Shown: one piece after another, positions 1 to 10,216 of the stretch
Layout of the letters: each line of letters starts with the position of its first letter
Numbering within the stretch: position 1 is the stretch's first letter
From: an uncultured Gemmatimonadales bacterium
GTDB lineage: Bacteria; Gemmatimonadota; Gemmatimonadetes; Longimicrobiales; Gaopeijiaceae
Reading direction: 5' to 3'
Assembly (NCBI GenBank): GCA_963809895.1
Contig: CAWELD010000004.1
Coordinates: forward strand, 195,356-259,355
DNA length: 64,000 nt
Made by a program: the position numbers and the translations under genes
Notes under the pieces: generated by a model
Told to the model about the DNA's origin: nothing
Seen by the model: the letters and a program-made list of their open reading frames with translations, nothing else
Database searches by the model: none

Positions 1-3000
1 CGGCCGATGAGGTTCACGTTCATGCCTGTCACGCCCAGCGATCCGAACATGCTCTGAACCGCGGACTGATCGAAGTTGTAGCGCAGCGACGCCTCGCGGA
101 TCTTCACGAAGGTGCCGTTCTCCACGAACCAGCTGGAGTTCGAGTTCACGTTGTACAGGACCTGGTAGTAGTCGATGGACTTCTTCTGCGCATCGGACTT
201 ACCGGCCTGATCCTGGTCACCGGAGCGGTTGTCCCGGTACGCGTACGCACGGGTCTGGTTGTAGATGTCCGCCCCGAATTCGCCGTCGAACAGCGTGTAG
301 AACGACAGGTTCTTCCAGCGAACCGTGTTCGACCAGCTCAGGTTGAAGTCGGGCGTCGTGTTCCCCATGAAGAGGAAGTTGCTGCCCTCGCTGTCGATGG
401 CCTTGATCGGGATGCCCCACTTGTAGCTATCCCCGTTGACCTCGGCGCTCGAGCCCCACAGGTCCTTGCTGATGCCGTCGGTGTAGCTGTTGCCCGAGCC
501 GACCCACACCAGCAGGCCGTCGTCGTTCACCTGGAACTCCGAGCAATCCGTGCCCGAGGGCAGGTCGCCACACTGGTTCGCCCAGCGCGATCCGTAGAAC
601 GTGCCCAACTCCTCGCCCTCACGGACGTAGAAGAAGCCCGTCCGGTACGGCGCGATGTCCAGCTGCGTGATCGTCTGGTGCGTCCGGTCGAAGTTCACAC
701 GGCTCGTCCAGGTGATGTCCGGACGGTCGACCAGCGCCGTCTCCACGAACGCCTCGATGGTGTTGCTCTCCAGCGTGCCGGCGTTCTGCCACTGGCTGCT
801 GAAGCCCACGTAGCCCGGCAGCGGAACCTGCAGGAGCTGGTCTTCAACGGTCGACCACGCGTACGTCACGCCCGCGTTGATCTTGTTGTAGAACACCGTC
901 TCCAGCCCCACTTCCTGCTCCGTCGACAGCTCCGGCTTCAGGAACTTGTTGCCCAGCGACACCGGCGAGATCACGCCGTTCGACACCGAGTACGTCTCGT
1001 ACTGCGCGGCGAAACGCGGACGCCCGCCGGCGGTGCCGATGGAGTAGCGCAGCTTGAACTCGTTCAGGTTGTCGAACGGCCACCACGCTTCCTGGGCCAT
1101 CCGCCACGCGCCCGAGGCGCGGTAGTACGTCTGCCAGCGCTCCTGCTCGCCGAACAGCGACGAGCCGTCGCGCCGCACCAGGAAGTCACCCACGTACTTG
1201 CCCTGATAGTCCAGGGCCGTGATGAAGAAGTAGCCTTCCGCCAACACGTCCTGGATCGAGGATCCCGCGTTGATGGAGCCCACGATGTTGTCCAGCGACG
1301 GCACGCCCTTGGCCGACAGGTTCCGGCCGTTGACGTTGAAGGCTTCCTGGTGCTGGTCCTCCAGCAGGTACCGGACCTTGGTCCGGGTCGTCAGGTCGCC
1401 GAAGGACTTGTTGAACGACGCCGTGAACGACGCATTCATGTCGTTGTCGTGCTGCTGCGACTTGCTCAAGGTTCCGTCGCCCACGCCCGACTGGTCCGAC
1501 ACGACGCCCGACGGCGTGATGTTGCTCTGCCAGTAGTTCTGCTGGTCGAGCGAGAAGTTGCCCTCGAGCTCGAACCACGAAATGGGCGACCACACCACGT
1601 TGGCGCTACCCAGGAACCGCTGACGCCAGTCACGCTGATCCTGCAGGTCCAGCAGGTAGAGCGGGTTCGCCTCCTGCGACAGCGGATCCGGACGCCAGAT
1701 GTAGCAGCCCTGTGCGCCGCACGGACCCACGTTCGCCGTCGCCGCCGAACGCTGCTGCAGGTTCGCGAACGGTGCGATGAACGCCAGGTCGTAGAACGGG
1801 CTCCCGCCCAGATCCTCCTGAGCCGACTTCGAATAGTACGTGCTCAGCGAGATGTTGACGTTGTCCAGGATCTGGTGGTCCAGGTTCAACCGGAACCCGT
1901 TCAGCTTGAAGCCCGAGTTCAGGTCCACCACGCCCGTCTCCAACTGATGCGAGAACGAGGCACGGTAGTTCGTCGAGCCCGTACGACCCTCGGCCGCCAC
2001 GTAGCCCGAGTAGAAATCGCCCGGATGGAAGAAGCGATCCACCTGATCGTACAGCGGATACGGCCACGCACCGTCCTGGAACGACTTCGCCGACACACCC
2101 CCGTTCAACACGGGGTTCGGCGGCGCGCAGTTCACGCCCAGCGGATCCAGGACCGGCTCACACACCTCACCGGTGTTCTTGTCGTAGAAGTACCGGATGT
2201 CGACGGCGTTGCCGTCGGCGTCGATGATGTCGCCGTTGGCGTTCATCGCGTACGAATGGTAGTGCGAGAACGGCGTCGAACCCTCCAGGTTCTGCTTGCC
2301 GTACTCGTTGCGCACCGTGATCCGCGCCTGGTCCACGCTCAGCCCCGAGCCACGACGCGTGCGAATCTGCACCACGCCGTTCTGGGCCCGCGATCCGTAC
2401 AGCGACGCCGCCGCTGCGCCCTTCACGATCTCCACCGACTCCACGTCCAGCGAGCTGATGTCCGCCAGCGTGTTGTCCGTGATCACACCGTCCACGATGA
2501 TCAGCGGGTTCTGTGACCCCGTGATCGTCGTCGGGCCCCGCAGCATGATGCTGCCGTCCGAGCCCGGCTGGCCGCTGCCCTTCACCACCTTCGCTCCGGG
2601 TACCTTACCGGCGATCAGACCGTCCGCGGACGGCGTCGGCACCGGCATGTCCTCGAAGTCCACCTTCTCCACCGTGAATGGCAGCTTCACCCTCGGCGTC
2701 GAGCCCGCCACTCCGGTCACCACCAGCTCCTGAAGCTTCAGGGCCGTGGATTCCATGCGGAACTCCACCGTCGTGGTCTGACCTGCCGTGACCGTCACCT
2801 CCTGCGTGACGCTCGTGTACCCGATCAGCTCCACACTCACTTCGTGCGTGCCCGCGGGTACCTGGTTCAACATGATGAATCGGCCCTGAGCGTTCGTCAG
2901 CGCACCCTGATTGAGCGCGGAGATGTACACCTGGGCCGACTCCAGAGAACGCCCGGACGTCGCATCCACGACGGTACCGGTCAGCGTCCCTGTGGCCTGG

Positions 3001-3080
3001 GCCGCTGCAGGCGCCGGCATGCCGGCTACCCATAGCGCCGCGGCCGAGGCCAGCAGCAAAAACGAACGAGAGAGTCTCAT
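1..3080 (-). CDS. SusC/RagA family TonB-linked outer membrane protein (3' end beyond left edge)
   Basis: Read manually (absent from the ORF track, no stop seen in the segments read). ATG at 3080 after GGGAGG; signal peptide MRLSRSFLLLASAAALWVAGMPAPAAAQ; CarboxypepD_reg-like GTLTGTVVD; LQELVVTG; plug motifs NPLIIVDGV and VEIVKGAAAASLYGSRAQNGVVQIRT. Confidence 0.93.
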   Translation of the reverse strand, partial: MRLSRSFLLLASAAALWVAGMPAPAAAQATGTLTGTVVDATSGRSLESAQVYISALNQGALTNAQGRFIMLNQVPAGTHEVSVELIGYTSVTQEVTVTAGQTTTVEFRMESTALKLQELVVTGVAGSTPRVKLPFTVEKVDFEDMPVPTPSADGLIAGKVPGAKVVKGSGQPGSDGSIMLRGPTTITGSQNPLIIVDGVITDNTLADISSLDVESVEIVKGAAAASLYGSRAQNGVVQIRTRRGSGLSVDQARITVRNEYGKQNLEGSTPFSHYHSYAMNANGDIIDADGNAVDIRYFYDKNTGEVCEPVLDPLGVNCAPPNPVLNGGVSAKSFQDGAWPYPLYDQVDRFFHPGDFYSGYVAAEGRTGSTNYRASFSHQLETGVVDLNSGFKLNGFRLNLDHQILDNVNISLSTYYSKSAQEDLGGSPFYDLAFIAPFANLQQRSAATANVGPCGAQGCYIWRPDPLSQEANPLYLLDLQDQRDWRQRFLGSANVVWSPISWFELEGNFSLDQQNYWQSNITPSGVVSDQSGVGDGTLSKSQQHDNDMNASFTASFNKSFGDLTTRTKVRYLLEDQHQEAFNVNGRNLSAKGVPSLDNIVGSINAGSSIQDVLAEGYFFITALDYQGKYVGDFLVRRDGSSLFGEQERWQTYYRASGAWRMAQEAWWPFDNLNEFKLRYSIGTAGGRPRFAAQYETYSVSNGVISPVSLGNKFLKPELSTEQEVGLETVFYNKINAGVTYAWSTVEDQLLQVPLPGYVGFSSQWQNAGTLESNTIEAFVETALVDRPDITWTSRVNFDRTHQTITQLDIAPYRTGFFYVREGEELGTFYGSRWANQCGDLPSGTDCSEFQVNDDGLLVWVGSGNSYTDGISKDLWGSSAEVNGDSYKWGIPIKAIDSEGSNFLFMGNTTPDFNLSWSNTVRWKNLSFYTLFDGEFGADIYNQTRAYAYRDNRSGDQDQAGKSDAQKKSIDYYQVLYNVNSNSSWFVENGTFVKIREASLRYNFDQSAVQSMFGSLGVTGMNVNLIG

Positions 3081-3411
3081 GCGACCTCCCTGTGGGGTGG
3101 ATGGTTCGGCACGCAGTCGGTCCTCACCGACCCTGCCGAGGACGAGAGGCGGGCATATCCGCGTCTCGTAACCGGAATGAAATACCACCGTGACCGGGAA
3201 ATTCGAATGCAGGGGGGACGAACGGTCGGATGCCGAGCCGAACGGTCGGCGACGAGGGACGAACGGAGACCCGAAAACATAGGGTCGACCCCGGCGGAGG
3301 ACGGGCAGCGGGGGGGCTTGCTGCTCCGCCGGGGCAACCATCCGACCTGCAGGAATGCTACCGAAGCGGATGGCTGCCAGGCAAGAGCTATCGCCCGACA
3401 GCTATCGCCTG

Positions 3412-6042
3412 TCAATCCCAGCGCAGCGTCGTGGCGGGGTTGCCTCGCGTGGCGCCGCGCACCGGAAGCCAACTGGCGATGCATGCCACCAGAGCGAGAA
3501 GGCACGCCACGATGGCGATGATTCCCGGGTCCGTGGGGCTGATCCCCCAGACCAGGCTTGCGAGGAAGCGGGCCACAGCGAGGGCACCCAGCACACCCAC
3601 GGCCAGCCCCAGCAGCACCGGCCGCATGCTCTCCACCACGATGCGCAAGGTGAGCCCGGCGCGGCCGGCTCCCAGCGCCATGCGTATGCCGACTTCCCGG
3701 GTCCGACGCGCCACGCGGTAGGACACCACGCCGTAGATCCCGAATGCCGTCAGCACCAGGGCCACCAGAGCGAACGCCGTCATGAGGAGCGCGTGGAACC
3801 GCTCCGGAGCCATGGCGGCCACCACCACCTCGTCCAGCGAGCCCAACTCGGGCTCGGGGAGTCCCGGAGCCACCTCGGCCACCACGGCCCGGATGCGCTC
3901 CATGGCCGTGCGGGTGTCGCGTGCCCGTACCAGCAGAATGGGCATGCCCGCCAGGTTCTCGGGCACCTGCGCCAGCGGCACCAACACCGTCGCCCTCGCA
4001 CCCCGTTTGAGCGAGGACTCCCGCACGTCACCGATCACCCCGACGATCTCCGCCGGCGCGACCTCGAAGGCCGGCGCCAGGTAGCGACCGCGGAAGCGCC
4101 CGATCTCCACCCGCCGCCCGAGCACCTCTCCGTCCGGGAAGTACTGCTCCGCGAACGCCTGATTGACCAGCACCACCGGTGGCGCGTCGACGCCGTCGTC
4201 ATCGGTGAACTCCCGTCCCTGGACGAGCTCGATGCCCAGCGCGGTGGCGTAGTCCGGCGCCACGGCACGCCACTCCAGGGAATGCCCCTCGTCGTCACGG
4301 CCGGGAACCGCCATGGGGAGGTTGAGGCCGCGCTCCAGAGGAAGTGTCGAGGTCGCCGACACGGACAGGATCGCCGGGTCTGCGCCCAGCCTCTCCGACA
4401 GGCGCCGTTCGAGCTCCGCCATGTCGCGCGCGTCATCGAAGGTCCCCGGCAAGCGGCTCAGCCGCGCCGTCACCACCCCCGCCGACACGAATCCCGGGTC
4501 GACCGATCGCAGCTCACGCAGCGTGCCGATGAGCACGCCCGCGCCCACCAGCAGGACCATGGACAGGCCGGCCTCCATGGCCAGCAGCATGCTGCGCCCC
4601 GCGGCTCGCGAGTTGCCGCCGGCGCGCCGCAGCTCCAACGCGCCGGAACTCCGCGAGCCCGCGATGGCGGCCCCCAGGCTGGCACCGAGGCCCGTCGCCA
4701 GGGTCACGACGCCGCTGAAGAGGAGGACGGTGCCGTTGAGCTCCAGGCGCTGGGTCCGTGGCAGGCGCTCCGGCGAGAGTGCCAGCAGCGCGTCCACCCC
4801 CCAGCGCGCCAGCAGGAATCCCCCGAGACCCGCCAGCGCGGCAAGCAGCACGCCCTCGGACACGACCTGCCTCATGATTCGTCCCCGCGAAGCGCCCAGG
4901 GCGGCACGCACCGCCATCTCCTCACGGCGGTCCGAGGCCCGAGCGAGCATGAGGTTGGCGACGTTGAGGGCCGCGATGAGGAGGACCGCGCTCACCGCCG
5001 CGAAGAGCACCCACAGCGTGCCGGCCAGGTCTCCCACGAAGAGCTCCTGATAGGTCGCGAGGCGCATGCCGCGGTCGCCCTCGGACACCAGATCCGGGTG
5101 CTGGGCGCGGAACGCCCGCGAGACACGCGCCAGGTCTTCCTGCGCCGTCTCTCGCGAGACACCTGGCCGAAGGCGCGCCAGGACCGGGTAGTTCTCGCCG
5201 GCGTCACGGGGATCCGGGTCCAGATGGAGCGGCGTCAGGAAGTCCGTGTAGTCGGCGTTCTCCGGAAAGACGAAGTCCGGGGGCAGCACGCCCACCACGG
5301 TGAACGGGTCCCCGTCCAGCCACGCGGTCCGACCCACGACCCGGGGATCCGCGCCGAAGTGATCCCTCCAGAGCGCGTCGCTCAGCACGATGACCTGCGG
5401 CCCCCCGGGCAGGTCGTCGTCGGGCGAGATGCCGGACCCCAGGGTCGGGACGTAGCCCAGGGTGGAGAGAAACGAGGCGGTTACCCGCATGCCGCGGACC
5501 CGCCCTCCCTGGCCGGCCTCACCCAGGAAGCCGCCGGTGCCCCGATAGGTCGCCACCTGCTCCAGCGTGCGCGCGTTGTCCCTCCAGTACTGGTACTGGA
5601 ATGCCGTCATGTACCCACGAAGGTCGTCGCGGCGCTCCCAGGCGAGATGCGTGAAGCGTTCCCCGGCGGGAAAGGGCAGCGGTCGCAGCACCACGGCGTC
5701 CACCACCGTGAAGATGGCGCTGGTGGCCCCGATCCCCAGCGCGAGGGTGAGGCCCGCGACCAGGGTGAAGCGGGGCGATTTGACCAGGGCGCGCGCGCCG
5801 TATCGCAGATCCTGCCCCATTCCCCGCACGCCCCCGCCCGAGGCCCCCGAGAAGCGTTCGTAGACTCCTCGTCGCAGCAGATCCCAGAGCCCCAGGAATC
5901 CCACCACCAGCCGGGCGCCCGCACCGCCGGCCTCTCGCATGCGGCCGAGGTAGAGCGCCTGCATCGCGTCGCCGTGCTTCCGCCTGAGTGCCCGCGGCAA
6001 CGCGTGGAGACCGACCCGGTACAGCCAACGCCAGATCATCAC
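3412..6042 (-). CDS. ADOP family duplicated permease (MacB/FtsX-like)
   Basis: [47 protein letters not shown], second FtsX repeat [14 protein letters not shown]; overlaps upstream PadR by 4 nt. Confidence 0.93.
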   Translation of the reverse strand: MMIWRWLYRVGLHALPRALRRKHGDAMQALYLGRMREAGGAGARLVVGFLGLWDLLRRGVYERFSGASGGGVRGMGQDLRYGARALVKSPRFTLVAGLTLALGIGATSAIFTVVDAVVLRPLPFPAGERFTHLAWERRDDLRGYMTAFQYQYWRDNARTLEQVATYRGTGGFLGEAGQGGRVRGMRVTASFLSTLGYVPTLGSGISPDDDLPGGPQVIVLSDALWRDHFGADPRVVGRTAWLDGDPFTVVGVLPPDFVFPENADYTDFLTPLHLDPDPRDAGENYPVLARLRPGVSRETAQEDLARVSRAFRAQHPDLVSEGDRGMRLATYQELFVGDLAGTLWVLFAAVSAVLLIAALNVANLMLARASDRREEMAVRAALGASRGRIMRQVVSEGVLLAALAGLGGFLLARWGVDALLALSPERLPRTQRLELNGTVLLFSGVVTLATGLGASLGAAIAGSRSSGALELRRAGGNSRAAGRSMLLAMEAGLSMVLLVGAGVLIGTLRELRSVDPGFVSAGVVTARLSRLPGTFDDARDMAELERRLSERLGADPAILSVSATSTLPLERGLNLPMAVPGRDDEGHSLEWRAVAPDYATALGIELVQGREFTDDDGVDAPPVVLVNQAFAEQYFPDGEVLGRRVEIGRFRGRYLAPAFEVAPAEIVGVIGDVRESSLKRGARATVLVPLAQVPENLAGMPILLVRARDTRTAMERIRAVVAEVAPGLPEPELGSLDEVVVAAMAPERFHALLMTAFALVALVLTAFGIYGVVSYRVARRTREVGIRMALGAGRAGLTLRIVVESMRPVLLGLAVGVLGALAVARFLASLVWGISPTDPGIIAIVACLLALVACIASWLPVRGATRGNPATTLRWD

Positions 6043-6365
6043 GCGGGCATCCCTCCGTGGCCGAGGCGCTCGCGAGCCGTGCGCGCGACGTCCTCCATGC
6101 GCTCGACGTCGGCCTTCAGCGCCTCCCGTCCCAGGGCCGTGATGCGATAGAAGCGCTCTCGCCCGCGACCGTCACCCGGTTGTTCGTCGTCCGCCAGCTC
6201 GCGGATCCAGCCCTTGGCCAGCAGCTCCTCCAGGGAGCCGTAGAGCGTCGCGGGCCACAGACGAACGGCTCCGTCGCTGAAGGCGCGCACGTCTTCCTGG
6301 ATCGAAGAGCCGTAGCGGTCGGCGGACGCAAGCGAGAGAAGGATGTGGAACCAGGGCCGCTTCAT
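6039..6365 (-). CDS. PadR family transcriptional regulator
   Basis: [32 protein letters not shown]-type wing ([12 protein letters not shown]). Confidence 0.92.
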   Translation of the reverse strand: MKRPWFHILLSLASADRYGSSIQEDVRAFSDGAVRLWPATLYGSLEELLAKGWIRELADDEQPGDGRGRERFYRITALGREALKADVERMEDVARTARERLGHGGMPA

Positions 6366-6399
6366 GGGTCGCCTCGGGGTTCGGTGTGGCCGGACCTCG

Positions 6400-6436
6400 A
6401 TACGATATCATGACGTATACTATAAAACAATAGTAT
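6400..6436. promoter_or_regulatory. Tandem AT-rich palindromes, putative PadR operator
   Basis: ATACG-N9-CGTAT (6400-6418) overlapping ATACTAT-N6-ATAGTAT (6417-6436), 35-70 bp upstream of the PadR start, in a GC-rich background. Confidence 0.65.
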
Positions 6437-6489
6437 TGAGGATGTGCTCGAAGTGGTGCCGCTGACGACGGGCGCGTCCGACGCTCGGC

Positions 6490-7629
6490 CTAACTCCCGC
6501 CGCCCGGGAATCCCTCCGTGGGCATGCGCGGGATGATCCTCAGGGCGTTGCCGTAGTAGACCTTCCGCAGCACCTCGTCGGGCAGGTCCATCCCGTAGAG
6601 CTTCCAGAAGGCGTGGTAGTCGCGGTAGTAGTCGAAGTACTCGTCCGCGGTCTCGAACACGCGCCAGTAGTACGGATACTCGTCGGGCTGGAAGGAGTCC
6701 TTGCCGAAGAGGATGCGGTCCTGATAGCGCGTGAAGAACTCCCGCGCGAATCGCGGTTGGCGCCCCAGGTCGTAGAGGATGGCGCCCACCTCGGCGTGGA
6801 CGTTGGGGTACTTGTCGAAGAGCTCGCCGAGCTTCGCCAGGTCGTTGGCGTACCATCCCATGTGCGCCAGCACCCAGGTGGTGTTGGGATGCCTGGCCAG
6901 CATGCGCTCCCGCTCCGCCATGAGGCTGTCGAACGAGGGATAGCGGGAGCGGTCGTTGAAGCGCCGGTTGGGAAAGAGCGCCATCTCGAGCCAGCGCTCG
7001 TTGGTGTAGTCCAGCGGCTGGAAGAACTCCGCCGGATCGCCGGTGTGGATGAACACGGGAATCCCCAGGCGCGCCGCGGTCTCCCACACGACGTCCAGCT
7101 CCGGGTCGTCGAGTCTCAGCCGGCTGCCGTCCGCCTTGGTGTTGCTGAGTCCGAAGCTCTTCATGATCTCACCCACGCCCACCGCGCCGGCCCGCACGTC
7201 GGCTTCGAGCTGCCGGGCGATGCGCTCTCCCGAGCCCGGCCCCACGTTCCTCAGATCCAGCGAAGCGAAGAAGACGAAGCGGTCCTCGAAGCCCGCGGCC
7301 TTCACCGCCTCGATCTGCCGCGTCAGCCGCTCGCCCGAGCTGGGCCTGGCCTGGACCATCACCTGCAGGTTCAGCGCGTCCATGGCGTCGATGACCCGCT
7401 GGATGTTCTCCGGCGACGACAGGTCCGGGGGATGGCCATGGAAGTCCACCGCCGGGAACCTGGCGCGGGGTACCGGATGCTCCGGCACCACCAGGGTCGA
7501 GTGAGGCTTGTACTCGACGATGCTGGGCGGGGGGATGGTAGGCTGGCGCGTCTGCGACCGCGCCGCCAACGGCGCCAGGGCGAGAGCGGCGAGAGCAACG
7601 CCGACGGGAAGAGGGCTCGGGCAGCGCAT
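6490..7629 (-). CDS. Exported amidohydrolase family protein (Amidohydro_2-like)
   Basis: Signal peptide from M at 7629; DFHGH metal motif, IPVFIH, LAHMG, RILFGKD. Confidence 0.85.
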   Translation of the reverse strand: MRCPSPLPVGVALAALALAPLAARSQTRQPTIPPPSIVEYKPHSTLVVPEHPVPRARFPAVDFHGHPPDLSSPENIQRVIDAMDALNLQVMVQARPSSGERLTRQIEAVKAAGFEDRFVFFASLDLRNVGPGSGERIARQLEADVRAGAVGVGEIMKSFGLSNTKADGSRLRLDDPELDVVWETAARLGIPVFIHTGDPAEFFQPLDYTNERWLEMALFPNRRFNDRSRYPSFDSLMAERERMLARHPNTTWVLAHMGWYANDLAKLGELFDKYPNVHAEVGAILYDLGRQPRFAREFFTRYQDRILFGKDSFQPDEYPYYWRVFETADEYFDYYRDYHAFWKLYGMDLPDEVLRKVYYGNALRIIPRMPTEGFPGGGS

Positions 7630-7824
7630 GGTCGGATTCTCCGGCGGAAGGGTCGTTGGCCAAGCTGGGGACGGGGCCGCCCGACGAACAAGTGCATCGC
7701 CCCGTGATCCAGCCTGGTCAACGGACCTGGAACACCGCGTGTCGTCAGGGGTGGAGCCGAGCCGGCGGTGTTGGTCCGCCGGCTTCGGCCATTTTCGGCC
7801 AGTCCCAGCGAAAGGCAATCACGC

Positions 7825-9165
7825 ATGCGCTTGCGATACATACTCCAGGGCCTCGCCGCCCTGCTCCTCTTCGTCTCTCCCGCGGCCACCCGCGCTCAGG
7901 CCCCGAGCGGCAACGGAAGCTCGGACCGTCCCAACGTCTTCTTCGACTGCGATGGACGGAACTGCAACGACGACTACTACCGCACCGAGATCGCCTGGGT
8001 GAACTGGGTGCGTGATCGGAAGGACGCCGACGTCCATCTCATCATGACCAGCCAGACGACCGGGGCCGGCGGTCGAGAGTACCAGCTCGACTTCATCGGG
8101 GTCGGGGGATTCCAGGGCTACGAGGATCAGCTCCGCTACTCGACGCTGCCCACCGACACCGAGCGCGAGGAGCTCGACGGAATCTCGCAGGCGCTGGGCG
8201 TCGGCCTGGCCCACTTCGCCAGTGCCAACGGCTTCCGGGGGATCGTCCGCCTGGAAGGTACCGAGCCCGCGGCCGCGCAGCCGCAGACCGGCCTGGTTTC
8301 GGCCGACGAGGTCGACGATCCCTGGAACCTGTGGGTCTTCCGGGTCAACGGGAGCATGAACATCGATGGCGAGGAGACCCGCTCGACGACCCGTCTCTTC
8401 GGGGGTGTGTCGGCGAGTCGGGTCACACCCACCTGGAAAATGAACTTCGACGGCAACGCCAACTACAACCGGCGCTCCACCGACGTGGTCCCGGACGAGG
8501 GCGATCCCTACACCTTCATCGACGAGCGCACCGACTGGAGCCTCACCCAGCTCGTCGTCTATTCCATCGCCGACCACTGGTCGGTGGGATTCCGCTCCGA
8601 GGCGCGTCGCATGACGAGCGTGAACCAGGACTTCCGCTTCGAGTTCACGCCGGCGGTGGAGTACAGCTTCTTTCCGTACGACGAGGCGACGCGGCGATCG
8701 CTGACGGCCTTCTACCAGATCGGCCCGGCGTATCGGAACTACGCCGACACCACCCTCTACAACGAGACGGCCGAGACTCGCTGGGAAGAGGCGCTGGAGT
8801 TGGAGTTCTCGCAGCGCCAGACCTGGGGCGATGCCTCCATGCGGCTGCGGGCCTCGCACTTCCTCCATGATCTCGGTCTCTACAACGTCTCGCTACGCGG
8901 TGACGTCAACTTCCGCATCATCCGCGGCTTCAGCGTCAACGCGCGGGGTGACGTGGCCTGGGTGAAGGACCAGATCTACCTGGCCAAGGAAGGGGCCTCC
9001 ACCGAGGAGCAGCTCCTCGACCTGGTGCGCCGAGCCCAGAACTTCAACTACGGCATCCAGATCGGCTTCAACATCCAGTTCGGCTCCATCTTCAATAACG
9101 TGGTGAACAACCGCTTCCGCGGCGTGGGCGGCGGCGGTGGCTTCAACCGTGGCTTCGGGCGGTAA
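7825..9165 (+). CDS. Hypothetical outer membrane beta-barrel protein
   Basis: Signal peptide MRLRYILQGLAALLLFVSPAATRA; CxxxxC; amphipathic strands; ends FGSIFNNVVNNRF. Confidence 0.75.
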   Translation: MRLRYILQGLAALLLFVSPAATRAQAPSGNGSSDRPNVFFDCDGRNCNDDYYRTEIAWVNWVRDRKDADVHLIMTSQTTGAGGREYQLDFIGVGGFQGYEDQLRYSTLPTDTEREELDGISQALGVGLAHFASANGFRGIVRLEGTEPAAAQPQTGLVSADEVDDPWNLWVFRVNGSMNIDGEETRSTTRLFGGVSASRVTPTWKMNFDGNANYNRRSTDVVPDEGDPYTFIDERTDWSLTQLVVYSIADHWSVGFRSEARRMTSVNQDFRFEFTPAVEYSFFPYDEATRRSLTAFYQIGPAYRNYADTTLYNETAETRWEEALELEFSQRQTWGDASMRLRASHFLHDLGLYNVSLRGDVNFRIIRGFSVNARGDVAWVKDQIYLAKEGASTEEQLLDLVRRAQNFNYGIQIGFNIQFGSIFNNVVNNRFRGVGGGGGFNRGFGR

Positions 9166-9190
9166 CGTCGCCACGTAGGAGTCCATGTCG

Positions 9191-9240
9191 CGCCGGGAGC
9201 GCCGGCGCCGCGTTGCTCGCGACGTACGGCGCTCCTGGCG
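9191..9240 (+). terminator. GC-rich hairpin after OMP stop
   Basis: CGCCGGGAGCGCCG (9191-9204) pairs with CGGCGCTCCTGGCG (9227-9240); no U-tract. Confidence 0.35.
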
Positions 9241-9333
9241 ACGACGGGCCCCTCCTTGAGCGCGCGGGCTGGCAGGCCGAGTGGCGGCTGCGCCGCGACC
9301 CCCGCAGGGGCCGAGTTGGTGTGTTCGCCCGGC

Positions 9334-9400
9334 CCGGTCTGAGGTGCGGACCGGTCGTCGATGCGGACCGATCTGAGGTGCGGCCGTCGCTACGGTGCGA
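9334..9400. repeat. 17-bp degenerate tandem repeat (3-4 units)
   Basis: CCGGTCTGAGGTGCGGA / CCGGTCGTCGATGCGGA / CCGATCTGAGGTGCGGC / CGTCGCTACGGTGCGA. Confidence 0.65.
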
Positions 9401-9428
9401 CTGGAGGGCCTCTCATGGCCGATCCGTC

Positions 9429-9515
9429 GATTCAACTCGCTCAGCGAGTCGAACTCGACAGACCGAGAGAACGGCCGACGACCCTTTACGGATTCAACTC
9501 GCTGAGCGAGTCAAA
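9429..9515. repeat. Two 25-bp palindromic REP-like repeats, 62-bp period
   Basis: GATTCAACTCGCTCAGCGAGTCGAA (9429-9453) and GATTCAACTCGCTGAGCGAGTCAAA (9491-9515), 23/25 identical, each self-complementary. Confidence 0.8.
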
Positions 9516-9795
9516 GCGTCCAATCGCCGCTCACAGGGCCTCCAGTGGCACGTTGGCGTCGGTCGTGGAATGGCCACACGGCGTCCGGGCGGGCAGACGC
9601 GGCCTCACGGCGTCCCGGCACCCCCTGGCCGGCATCGCTTCCACCGCGTCCGGGCCACTTAGGCATCACCGTCAGGCTCGCCAGATCCCGGCGCGCGGCC
9701 CGGCACAAGCCCCACGGAACCGCGGGCATCCCAACCGGCCACCAGGCGTCCCCGCCTCCAGCCGCATGTGACTCCAACGGGGCTCGCCGCCCGGC

Positions 9796-9841
9796 TTGCA
9801 CTAAACATCTTAGTGCAATAGCTTGGACTAACCATCTTAGT
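9796..9841. promoter_or_regulatory. Tandem putative PadR operators
   Basis: Perfect TTGCACTAA-ACATC-TTAGTGCAA (9796-9818) plus ACTAA-CCATC-TTAGT (9827-9841) just upstream of PadR. Confidence 0.8.
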
Positions 9842-9868
9842 GTAAGCCTCGTCCGGAGTGCGCACGAC

Positions 9869-10204
9869 ATGCCCGAGTCCCTCGGAGTGGTCCAGGGAAC
9901 GCTGGAGCTCCTGGTCCTGAGAACGCTGGCGGCCGCCGAGCCGCTGCACGGCTTCGCCATCCTGGACTGGATCCGCGAGACCACGGACGAAGCCCTGATC
10001 GTCGAGGACGGCGCGCTCTATCCCGCGCTGCGGCGCATGGAAAAGCGGGGCTGGGTCGCCAGCGACTGGGGCGTGTCGGAAAAGGGACGCCGGGCCCGCT
10101 ACTACACGCTCACACCCTCCGGCCGCATGGCGCTCACCCGGGAGGGCGCCCGCTGGGAGAGCTACGTGCGGGCGGTGGCCAAGTTGTCGCCGGAACGGGC
10201 GTAG
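9869..10204 (+). CDS. PadR family regulator, acidobacterial subtype (TIGR03433-like)
   Basis: QGTLELLVLRTL..PLHGFAI..EDGALYPALRRME..WGVSEKGRRARYYTLT. Confidence 0.93.
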   Translation: MPESLGVVQGTLELLVLRTLAAAEPLHGFAILDWIRETTDEALIVEDGALYPALRRMEKRGWVASDWGVSEKGRRARYYTLTPSGRMALTREGARWESYVRAVAKLSPERA

Positions 10205-10216
10205 CGGGTCAGGCGC

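Noticed and set aside
678..2516. 612-aa plus-strand ORF
   Set aside because: Antisense shadow of the SusC gene; Arg/Val/His-rich with no motifs
3355..6150. 931-aa ORF and similar long ORFs (9659-12064, 39946-41574, 56387-58750, 61789-63966)
   Set aside because: Shadow or alternative frames of ADOP genes, typical of high-GC DNA
9213..9771. ORFs in the 9.2-9.8 kb gap
   Set aside because: No motifs or convincing RBS; they run through non-triplet repeats and palindromes
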